64,000 bases of DNA, taken from Candidatus Moanibacter sp. GTDB taxonomy: Bacteria > Verrucomicrobiota > Verrucomicrobiia > Opitutales > UBA2987. The DNA is taken from contig CBDCEW010000102.1 of the NCBI GenBank assembly GCA_965215885.1, positions 1 through 64,000 on the forward strand, given 5' to 3'. Within the stretch, counting starts at the first letter, position 1. Each line of letters opens with the position of its first letter. The translations under genes and the position numbers were made by a program. The notes below the pieces were generated by a model. That model did not search any database. It worked only from the letters and a program-made list of their open reading frames with translations, and was not told the origin of the DNA. Below are positions 1 through 9,140 of the stretch, one piece after another.

Positions 1-387
1 ATTATTGAAACTGCGTTTAACAGATTGATCCTTACCCCTCAGGGCGACGGTGAAAAGTTGGCGCTCCACACCGCCCAACAGAAAAACAGCACCTACCGGC
101 TCACCTTCAAAATAAGTCCGGTAGATTCACGCGAGTTTCTAAGAGTTTGGGATGCCTCCTTTGAATGGGAAATGATGCGTTATCCACTGCTCACACGGAT
201 CGTCGGTGAGCGGCAGCTGTATCTGCAGGGTAATCGGTTTCAGACACGCACCCACGATCATGTCGAGCGCCGCGAGATTTCTGCCGAAGAACTGATCCCG
301 GAAATTGCCCGTGATTTCGGAATCGACCCAACCGTGGCCGGCCGCGCCCTATCGATCTTGAAAGGGAGGGGAGAACCCTATGGCTAA
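1..387 (+). CDS. Arylamine N-acetyltransferase family protein, C-terminal part (5' truncated by window edge)
   Basis: Open frame from base 1; C-terminal region resembles NAT domain III; catalytic N-terminus not in window. Confidence 0.5.
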   Translation: MIETAFNRLILTPQGDGEKLALHTAQQKNSTYRLTFKISPVDSREFLRVWDASFEWEMMRYPLLTRIVGERQLYLQGNRFQTRTHDHVERREISAEELIPEIARDFGIDPTVAGRALSILKGRGEPYG

Positions 388-916
388 TCCGCGACCCGCT
401 GATCCGGTAAAATACCTCGTCGCCATCCTCTGGAGAGAGAAAATGGCCCTCGAAGAGGCGCTGGAATGTTTACAGTTTCAATGGGGCCCGATCGACACCA
501 TGGGCCAGGACCATCCTTTTAACGTGACCGAATACTACGAGTGCGAGATGGGCACGGGAATTAGGCGACGTCTGATCTCATTTGCGAAACTAAAGCCGCC
601 GGAGGAAATACGCGAGGCGAAGCTCGCCTGCAACAAACTCGAAAGGAGCCTGGCCGAGGATCACCGACGTCGCGTAAACCTGGATATCGGTTACCTCGAT
701 CACAACAAGATCGTCCTCGCCAGTCTCAAATATGCCGGGCAAAAAATACACCTCGGCGACGGCGTATACGCCGACCTAATAGCCCGTTATAGGAACCGCG
801 GATTTCGGCCTCTTGAATGGACCTTTCCCGATTTCCGAGACGGTCGATACGACGCCGAACTGCTTGAGATTCGCAGGAACTACCTGATTCAGCTACGCCA
901 GTACAAAGCGGGCTAA
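380..916 (+). CDS. DUF4416 family protein
   Basis: Motifs YYECEMG, RRVNLDIGYL, LEWTFPDF. Confidence 0.8.
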   Translation: MANPRPADPVKYLVAILWREKMALEEALECLQFQWGPIDTMGQDHPFNVTEYYECEMGTGIRRRLISFAKLKPPEEIREAKLACNKLERSLAEDHRRRVNLDIGYLDHNKIVLASLKYAGQKIHLGDGVYADLIARYRNRGFRPLEWTFPDFRDGRYDAELLEIRRNYLIQLRQYKAG

Positions 917-2885
917 TGACGCACGTCGAATTCGATAAGCTTGTCAAGCGGGTCGAGAAGGAGGCCGCCTCGCGCCTTTGGCTCTACGAGCTCAAACTGC
1001 GTATTCTTGCCCTTTTGGGATATGGTTACATCACTGGAATTCTGACGACCATCCTTGTGCTCCTCCTTTTGATGTGGAGCCTGTTGCTATTTGTGCCAGA
1101 GCTTAATGTCACGGCATCGAGGGTCGCATTTGGCCTTGTTTCTGCCTACGTCCTGTTCAGATTGGCGAGGATTTTCCTCATAAGGTTTCCTCCACCTGGC
1201 GGGATGGAAGTCTATCCCGAACAGTTGCCACAGCTTTTCGAAATGGTAGACCGTTTGCAAGAGGAGTTCAGATCGCCCCCAGTCCATCACATTGTCCTCA
1301 CTCCCGAATTCAATGCGGCCATGATGTATCGGCCGCGGATTGGGCCGTTTCGGAAGAGCCGAAATTATCTCATACTGGGTCTTCCCCTCTTTTTTGGGTT
1401 GTCGCAGCCGGAATTCACCGCGGTGGTCGCTCACGAACTTGGGCACCTCTCCTACGAACATGGTAAGTTTGGCGCCTACATATACAGAATCAGGGAGAGG
1501 TGGTATCGCCTGATGGAATCCTTCGGCCAGAGAAAGGGAGGAATCGGCGCATTGTTTACATGGTTCTTCTCCTGGTACGCACCCTATTTCGGTGCCTATT
1601 CTTTCGTTGAGGTCCGTCAGAGAGAGTACGAAGCTGATCGGGGAGCAGCTGATGTCACTCACCCAAACTGGGCTGCCAGTGCATTGTGCCGGGTTTCAGT
1701 CATCGGTCGCTATGTACATGAAGTCTTTTGGCCATCGATCGAAGAAGAATCATATAAGTCTCCCGAGGTCACAGTACTCCCGTTCAAGAGTATGTCGCGA
1801 AAACTCCCCGACGGCCCCGGCTATACGATCGCCCAGGGATTGACACATGAGTGCCTCCTTGAGGATGCCGGCACCACCGACACCCATCCCTCTTTGAACG
1901 AACGGCTGCGTGCTCTTGAAGTCGAGCCGTCAACCGATTACTTGCCTAGTAAAGATCCTCGGGGCAAGCCCCGAGGCATTTGATATTAGACTTTATGAAT
2001 TAGAAACGAAGCAAGCTTCGGGGAATTAAACCCGAAGCGATTAAACCGGCCGCCAACGTATTCTTAGGTCAATTGAAGTCACCGTTGGTCGAAGAATTTG
2101 ACCGGTGGTGGCAAGAATCCCTTGCCGAGACCTGGAAAAAATCCTTTGAGAGCCGCAATTCGAGGGAGGAGGCACTGAAGGAACTCGAGGAAAAGGCGCG
2201 TGGAGATAATCCGTTTACCTCCAATGCTCGCTGGAATTACGCCTCCCTCGTAGAAGAGTTTCACGGAGGGGAAGCGGCTCTTCCTCATTTCGAAGCCATT
2301 ATGGATGTCAATCCGCTCGACGCTGAAGCGGAGTTGTGCATTGGACGCATTCTTCTTGTCGAACAACCTGCTGAGGGCATCCAACGCCTTGAAAAGATTA
2401 TTGATGAACACGTTGAACTCGCCCCTGAAGCGGCCACTTTGCTTTACACTCATTTTGCGAAACTCGGAGAAAAGGAGGCAGCCGAACGCTTTCGAAAACA
2501 ATCCCTGAGCAGTCTGGACAATCACGAGGAAGCCCTGGCAGCGGAAAGCGATCCCTTCGATCCCCAACAATACATCGAACACGGATTACTTCCTGATAAA
2601 ATTTCTCAGCTCGGCTCGTTATTCAGCCGATCCGAAGCAATCAAGGCAGTTTACCTGGTGCGCAAGAAGAAACGGCAATTCGGTCGACCTTCCGTGTTCG
2701 TCGTGGGTTTAAGTTTCCACCGCTTTAAAGGCAGGGAAAGCAAAGTGGATGAGGCGGTCGGGCTTCTCCTTCTGGAATTCGAATTGCCAGGACCATTTGA
2801 AGTCGCGCCGATGATCAAAAATCTCACCAACTTGCAAAAGACTTTCCAGCAGATACCCGATTCCCTTATTTTCCAGAGCCGCTAG
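916..2885 (+). pseudogene. M48 family zinc metallopeptidase (HtpX/Ste24-like, TPR-like C-terminus) interrupted by a 92-bp element
   Basis: HELGH, EYEAD and DTHPSL motifs in ORF 916-1983; removing 92 bp at ~1950-2044 joins it in frame to ORF 2073-2885 (...DYLP-S/I-KPAANVFLGQLKSPL...). Confidence 0.85.
1948..2044 (-). mobile_element. 92-bp non-autonomous IS200/IS605-type (PATE-like) element, copy 1 (coordinates include both junction pentamers)
   Basis: Reverse complement identical to 9043-9139 and 30846-30942; two hairpins with a GCAAGC apex; no TSD. Confidence 0.85.
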
Positions 2886-2930
2886 GAATCTGTCCGACAT
2901 TACAGAATTGCCTGTCTCCGCTTGCTTTTT

Positions 2931-2960
2931 TTGACAATGTTTTCGAAGCCCTGCTATTCT
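2931..2960 (+). promoter_or_regulatory. Possible sigma70 promoter (TTGACA-18-TATTCT)
   Basis: Consensus match upstream of the gene starting at 3114. Confidence 0.35.
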
Positions 2961-5542
2961 CCGTTTATGCTTCCACACGATCGAGTCTCGTGTCCCGTGA
3001 TTTGCTTCATACAAGCGAGACAGGAGACCGAATACTTTTTCACTTAATTTACTTAACATCTTGCCGGGCTCGTGATAGCGTCACCAGCGTTTGACCGCAA
3101 TATCGTCTTTGGGATGGAGAAGAAAACCAGTTCTGCTGGCAAGGGCGGGCGTCGTTCAGACGTAGCTATCGTCCTAACAGGTGTAGTGGAAATCCCTGCC
3201 GCCGAAGAAGCAGAACCGCAGACCACTCCCACAGAGGGAGCAGAATCGGATTCGGCTCCTACCGGGGTAGCAGAACGGGATCCTATTGCCGTCCTCAATG
3301 AGGATTTTGATTGTATCGCAGCAACCTGCGAAAAACTCAAAGGGAAAATTCTTGAGCGATCGGAGACCGGGTTCCTAATGTCTTTTCGGAGCCCTCTCCT
3401 GGCAGTCAATTATAGTCTGGAAATACGAAAAGCGCTTGCTGACAGGCATGTGGATCCAGAATCGGAACCCGAAACGGAGTCAGGAATTGACGACGAAGTG
3501 AATCACCGTGTCGGCATTCACGTCGGCGAAGTTGCCAAATCATCCAAAGAAGTAAGCGGCAACGCTTTAGAGATCGTCACTCAGACGAATTCGGCGGCAG
3601 AGCCGGGAGGAATCTGCCTCTCTCAGGAAGCTTACCAGCTTGTTAAGGAAGAGCCCACCCTGCCTCCATCAATTTTCGAACACGGGACTGTCAAGACCGA
3701 TCAGGGAACATTCCGAGTTCACCACATTCTCGTCGATATTTCGAGAGTTGAAGCGGCGCAGGCGGAGGCGTCCGAAGCGCGACTGGAGGCACGTCGGGAA
3801 GCAACCGCGCGCAGGGAAGCAGAAGAGCAGGCAGCAGCCTGGCTGGCCTCGGAAAAAGAGGCGACAGAAGAGAAGGCCAAGGCGCAACAGGAAGCGATGG
3901 ATGCCAAGATGGCCCGAGTCCGGGAAGAGATGGCCCGCAAGAAGGCAGAGAAGAGGATAGTCATCGCCACAGCGAAGGCGGAAAAGGCAGCGAAACAGAA
4001 GAAACAGAACTTCCGATACCTTGGATTGGTCATCTTTGGCTTGCTTGCTGTTATTATCTGGCAGATTGTTAAACCGGCTCCCGTAGCGCCGGCGGCTTCA
4101 GGCCCGCTTGCGCAGGGCGCGGCCGTAACGGAAAAGACTCAACCTGCTCTTCCTGAGCAAATCCCCGCCGCCAGGGAGGAGGTGGAGACTGTTGTTGAAA
4201 AAGCGACCCCACGGGAGCCTGAAGTAGTATCGAAGGCCACTGTGAGTCCACAGCCGCCCCCTTTTGTGGTGGAAAAAGAGGTGGCGAAAGTGGAGGAGCC
4301 GAAGGTTGAGGAACCCGAAGTTGTCGTAGAAATCGAGCAACCTGAAATAGCAGTGGAAATTCCCGCAACGGAAGTAGCGAAAGAGGGTGATGGGGAACTG
4401 ATCGCCGAGCAGGAACTGGAAATCGACTTTCCGGAAGGCGATCCCGTATCAAGCGAATTAGCCAAACTGGCTATCTCCGATGAAGAGTCGAAGGGGATGG
4501 AGGTCAGCCAGGTCATACCTCCCTCGACCGGTTCTCTCAGGCTCATATTGATGGCCAACGCCAAGGTTTTGCCTCCGGGCATCCAAAATAAAATGGCCGT
4601 TTCCGTAGACGGCAAATCGGTTCCGTTTAACGGAAGTGTCATATCCGAACTCGATGGCGGACAGCACAACGTGGAAGTAAGCCACCGGGATTTCAAGACC
4701 TGGCAAGGCACTGTTGTCGTGTCACCGAGAGAATCCCACGAAAGGGTAGTCGATCTGACACCCAAAACGACCCAGGTGAAACTCGTGATTGTCCCGACTA
4801 CCGATTACGATGTGACGGTGAACGGACGCCAGTTCTATGTGGAGGAAGGTAGGATCGAGCTGCCCACTGGTATCCCGGTCGAAATTGAAATCGAAGCTCC
4901 CCCCTTCCGCAAACATCGCGAGTCCTTACCGCTTGAGCGCGGGAGAAAGGAGTGAACTCGAGGTCAAGCTTACGCCCGACGTGCCCGCCATGTCGGAACT
5001 GGACGAAGAGGCCAAAATTTATAGGCGGCCGAACCCGTCCTACCCCACCAAACTATGGAAAGACGGAATCACAGGTGTTGTGGAGCTGCAATTCGTAGTT
5101 TCCAAACTTGGAACGGTCGATGAGGTGTGGGTGATGAATTCGGCGCATCCCGACATCGCTAAAGCCTGTGTTCTAGCGATGGAGGACTGGCGATTCGAAC
5201 CGGGCAAATGGGGTGACAGCCTCACCCGGTATTACGCCTCGGAGGTATTCGAATTTCCACCAAAAGGTCGGGCGCTTTGGAATCAGATGACCTTCGATTC
5301 CACGGGCAGTGGGTCGACTGCGAATGTCCAGCCCCCGGAACCCGTTAATACAGTGATGCCGCTTTACCCTGCAAAACAATATAAGTGGCTGGGCGGTATG
5401 TCGGATTTAATCGCTTCGGGTTTAATTCCCCGAAGCTTGCTTCGTTTCTAATTCATAAAGTCTAATATTAAATGCCTCGGGGCTTGCCCCGAGGACTGGA
5501 GTTTGGCCCGTTTCGAGTCACGTAGAAACTACGAGTTAATTC

Positions 5543-7162
5543 TTAAGCGGCTTGAAAGAGGGAGCTGGCAAGATGGGGGCTGAGTTTCTCCGACTTGTGG
5601 GTACCACTTTTAGGATCAACGAAGTGGGAGAAACTCGATGGTCGCAGACTGCCCGCCCAAGTCTCGTATCTGAGTTGCTGCAGTAAGTCTGAAGTGGTTG
5701 GGCCCTGCATGGAGCGTTTATCGGTGCGCCACTTGGCCGGCTCGAAGATGCCTTGTTGATGGCGCTTGGGATCGGATTGGTAGGAGGCCAGCCACAACAT
5801 CGAGTAGGCTGCCACGTTGAGGGCGGGAAGGTTTCTGTTGGACGCTTCGGTCCTGACCTGGGCCTCGCCCATGCCTAAGAGGGTCTTCTCATCGCGGAAG
5901 TTGGGCTCTATCTGCCAGCGCCAAAGATAGTATTGGAGAAACTCTTCAAGCGCTAATTGGGGATCGGTGCAAATCAGGTAAGCGGGCTTTCTGTAGAGCA
6001 ACTTTGCCTTCTTCTGAAGCCGGTATCGGAGCGGAGCAATGATCAAAAGCTGCAAAGGGCGTTTTGCTCCGCTCTTGCGCCACAAAAGATCCTTCACCCT
6101 CTTGACCTTAAAGCGGTGGCGCTTACCGGCCGCGAAGGCCTCCACATATTCCCACGGCCCTTCCTGGTCCTTGCGAATCTGTTCGGGCGTGGGAATCTCT
6201 GGCCCGTAGCTTGGTCGGCGTCCGGTTTTGGACGCCTGCCCGGGCATTTTGCAAAGCGTAGCGTCCTTGCGGATGCGCCCGATCATGGTGGTGCGTTCGG
6301 GCAGAGCCTTGAGGAAGTCTCCATTGGTATAGCTGCCGTCGGCCACGACGATCAGTTCGCGTTCGACCTCCATAGAGTCTCTGAGCAGTGCAACGCGCTC
6401 TATTGCCTGTCGATTGAGTTTGAGCTGCTTTTTGCTCTCTTTATAGCATTGGACCTGCTCCTGTGTGGCTTTTGCCCCCGGCTTGCGCGCGGAGGGCGCA
6501 TGGGTCAGATCAATAGGAATCATGCGGGCCGAACCGTCCTCTGCGGCAAGGGCGGCGGAAAGTTGGATGAATCGCTGGGCGAGCACGAGGTTAACTTGGA
6601 ATTTGGGACCGAGGGGATCTCTGCGCCAGCCCACTCCGTGGATACGAGTTCCACTTTTTTGCCGTAGGGTGTCGTCAAGTGCTACGACCATGGGCCTACC
6701 GGGCGGAAGCATTCGCTCGATCTTCTCGCGGATAACCGCGAAGCACTCATCAGGGTCGACTCTGCTCTTCGAATACATCCTGTAGTGTGCGCTCCAATCC
6801 TCGTATTGGCGTCCGCCCGTCGTGATGATTCCAGTGACGGTACGCCTGCCCAGGCACAGAAGGGTGCACAAGATGTGCTCTCTGAAGCGATTGAAGCAGC
6901 TTGTTGTGGAGCAGGCTTTGGCACACGATCCAATGATACCTTCCAAGGTTTCTAGAAGTGAGGAGCCGTTTTTTTTACACCCACCGGATTGGGAGGGGCA
7001 TGGGATCGGGCCAGGATCATAATGGCCTTTGTCGGCAATAATCCACTCCACCATCTCTCCTTTGCCAAACTCCATCGCCTGAGCTACCGCCGAAGGCAGA
7101 TTGATATACCACTGTTCGCTACGCTTGCGCCTGATGAGTTGAACTTTAGTTGGGAATCCCAT
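5543..7162 (-). CDS. DDE transposase (IS701-like) with N-terminal AbrB/SpoVT-like domain
   Basis: ALDDT, VADGSY and Y..RWQIE..FRDEK motifs; N-terminus KVQLIRRKRSEQWYINLPSAVAQAMEFGKGEMVEW. Confidence 0.85.
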   Translation of the reverse strand: MGFPTKVQLIRRKRSEQWYINLPSAVAQAMEFGKGEMVEWIIADKGHYDPGPIPCPSQSGGCKKNGSSLLETLEGIIGSCAKACSTTSCFNRFREHILCTLLCLGRRTVTGIITTGGRQYEDWSAHYRMYSKSRVDPDECFAVIREKIERMLPPGRPMVVALDDTLRQKSGTRIHGVGWRRDPLGPKFQVNLVLAQRFIQLSAALAAEDGSARMIPIDLTHAPSARKPGAKATQEQVQCYKESKKQLKLNRQAIERVALLRDSMEVERELIVVADGSYTNGDFLKALPERTTMIGRIRKDATLCKMPGQASKTGRRPSYGPEIPTPEQIRKDQEGPWEYVEAFAAGKRHRFKVKRVKDLLWRKSGAKRPLQLLIIAPLRYRLQKKAKLLYRKPAYLICTDPQLALEEFLQYYLWRWQIEPNFRDEKTLLGMGEAQVRTEASNRNLPALNVAAYSMLWLASYQSDPKRHQQGIFEPAKWRTDKRSMQGPTTSDLLQQLRYETWAGSLRPSSFSHFVDPKSGTHKSEKLSPHLASSLFQAA

Positions 7163-7168
7163 GGGCCA

Positions 7169-7192
7169 TGATCTAGTTACATAACTAGATCA
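7169..7192. promoter_or_regulatory. Perfect 11-bp inverted repeat (putative operator) just upstream of the transposase start
   Basis: TGATCTAGTTA-CA-TAACTAGATCA, next to a minus-strand TTGACT (7194-7199). Confidence 0.5.
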
Positions 7193-7848
7193 CAGTCAAG
7201 CTAAATACTTGCTTTTGAAGAAAAAAGGGATAATAAGGGAGCAATATATCTAGTAAAAGGCCAAACTCCAGGCCTCGGGGCTTGCCCCGAGGATCTTTAC
7301 TCAAAGTTTCGATCACCGTCGACGAGCGGGGAGCTGTCGAAACCTACCGGATCCACGATTCGACCAATAAGGGTTTTGACGAAGCGATCGCAAGCGTCAT
7401 TACGCTATGGAGCTTTAAGCCCGCCAGACAGAGTGGAGTTCCCGTAAGGGCTCAAGTCACGGTTCCCATTGAGTTCAAGGAGAAATAGCCGGCATCGTTT
7501 GCGGGGATGAAGTTATCGTGGGTTCTATTCGGGCTATGGGCCATGAAGAGGACACAATCGCCCAGGGACTTTTTCATGGCTGGCCGTTAATTTTTCCATC
7601 CGGTTGTCCAACTTATTCTGGGGCCTTTCAGTGCCCTACCACTTCGATCCTGGGGCCATTTCCCTGGTCGTGTCGCGCATCCTCTTTTTCTCCATCTCCC
7701 TGCTCTCCAAACCGCCGACTCTTGACCCCGATATCGAGAGAGTTATGGATCTGTAGGCCTTGGGAATCTGTCGGACTTAGTTTCTTAATCATCTCGAAGG
7801 CTGAGAGCCGGCTTGTCACGGGAGTTTCGGGTGGATGGCCGACTCTCT

Positions 7849-7918
7849 GGATTCTTGTAAATCCGGCTACCGAGGAGAACTGAACTGTTGATATTTGTAG
7901 CCGGATTCGCAAGAATCC
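7849..7918. repeat. GTAG-type REP-like inverted doublet
   Basis: GGATTCTTGTAAATCCGGCTAC ... GTAGCCGGATTCGCAAGAATCC. Confidence 0.6.
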
Positions 7919-8024
7919 GGAAATTACCGTTGGGACTAAGTCGATGTTATGTTGGCGCTTCCGCCTGGCGTCTCATTTGCGTTGCGTTGACCTGCTCTTT
8001 AGGGGACATTCTTTAGGAGGAAGC

Positions 8025-8858
8025 ATGCAACTCGGCTACAGCAACTACGCGATGAAGGAATTCGACATTTTCGAGGTGCTTCCGCGGCTGAGGGAGATCG
8101 GCTACGAAGCGATGGAGATCGCCGTCCGAAGGGGTTGGCAGACGTCAGCCGAGAATCTCGACAAGGCGTCTCGCAGCCGACTGGTGGAGGCGTTCCAGTC
8201 ATGCGAGTTTCCGCCCCCGCCACTTATGGACGAGCTGGCGACCTGCATACAGGATGATCGTTGGGACGAAACGGTGAATCGATTTGAATCGAGCTGCATT
8301 CTGGCCCGCGATTTGAGTTTTGAAGACCAACCGGCCGTCGTAACCAGCACTCTGGGAGGCTGCCCGTCGCCATGGGAGCAGGTGCGGAATGAAATTAGAG
8401 AGAGCCTGATGCGGTTAGCCGACATTGCGGAGCAGTACCACGTGATTCTAGCCCTGGAGCCCCATGTCGGGAATGAATTCGACACGCCCGAAAAGGCGGT
8501 GTGGATGATGGAGGCAACACAGCATGGGTCCATCAAGCTAAACTTTGATATGAGTCATTTTCACGTGCAGGGGATAGAATTGAATCACTGCGTCGAACTA
8601 TGCGCTCCCTATTCGGTCCATACTCACGTCAAGGATGGATTTATCAAAGAGGGGAAAGTGCATTTTCTGTTGCCGGGCGAGGGCACGCTGGACCTCACTG
8701 AATATATGACCGCAGTGAACAAGGCGGGGATCGAAACTCCGATAACGGTCGAGGTGAGCGCGATGATCTGGAGTCGACCGCACTATGATCCCTGGAAGAC
8801 CGCGGAGTACTGTTTCAAGGCCCTCAATGAAGCGCGGGTGAACGTTGAAGCGAGGTGA
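8025..8858 (+). CDS. Sugar phosphate isomerase/epimerase (AP-endonuclease-2 TIM barrel)
   Basis: LEPH, NFDMSHF, HTHVKD and VEVS metal motifs; GGAGG RBS before ATG 8025. Confidence 0.85.
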   Translation: MQLGYSNYAMKEFDIFEVLPRLREIGYEAMEIAVRRGWQTSAENLDKASRSRLVEAFQSCEFPPPPLMDELATCIQDDRWDETVNRFESSCILARDLSFEDQPAVVTSTLGGCPSPWEQVRNEIRESLMRLADIAEQYHVILALEPHVGNEFDTPEKAVWMMEATQHGSIKLNFDMSHFHVQGIELNHCVELCAPYSVHTHVKDGFIKEGKVHFLLPGEGTLDLTEYMTAVNKAGIETPITVEVSAMIWSRPHYDPWKTAEYCFKALNEARVNVEAR

Positions 8859-9042
8859 TAGGTTTAGGGTGGGAGAAGGTGTCGGGTATCAGGTTCGAAT
8901 TCAGCTATTGATTAGCCGCATCCGTCCTTGGCCTGCCGGGACTGACTCATCTTCCCGCTCAGCGGGATTGCGGCTTCGCTGCGCCAGGTTCTCTGCGTGC
9001 TTTTGTGGCTTTCCCTGTTTCGTGTTTCCGTCTTAGAACCCT

Positions 9043-9139
9043 TTAATCGCTTCGGGTTTAATTCCCCGAAGCTTGCTTCGTTTCTAATTCATAAAGTCTA
9101 ATATCAAATGCCTCGGGGCTTGCCCCGAGGATCTTTACT
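9043..9139 (+). mobile_element. 92-bp PATE-like element, copy 3
   Basis: Identical to copy 4; ends 1 bp before ATG 9141. Confidence 0.85.
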
Positions 9140-9140
9140 C

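Larger units (their letters stand above)
5496..7271 (-). mobile_element. Insertion sequence (IS701-like/DDE_5), 1776 bp, 13-bp terminal IRs, 22-bp flanking direct repeat
   Basis: CTGGAGTTTGGCC (5496) / GGCCAAACTCCAG (7259-7271); GCCTCGGGGCTTGCCCCGAGGA at 5474-5495 and 7272-7293. Confidence 0.9.
5407..7301 (+). mobile_element. 92-bp PATE-like element, copy 2 (5407-5495 + 7272-7301), split by an IS
   Basis: Same sequence as the other copies except C>T at 5469; second hairpin duplicated around the IS. Confidence 0.85.
3114..7488 (+). pseudogene. Degenerate class III nucleotide-cyclase domain + coiled coil + TM + PEGA + two TonB C-terminal domains; frameshifted (~4926) and interrupted by nested elements (5407-7301)
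   Basis: RVGIHVGEV and AEPGGICLS cyclase motifs; TonB_C-like segments YP..W..GITGVVELQFVV..G.V and VSITVDERG.V..WSFKPA; pieces 3114-4955, ~4927-5406 and ~7297-7488 join after removing 1 bp and the insertions. Confidence 0.75.

Noticed and set aside
7518..7912. ORFs 7518-7883 and 7628-7912
   Set aside because: They overlap repeat remnants and REP arms and have no protein-like features
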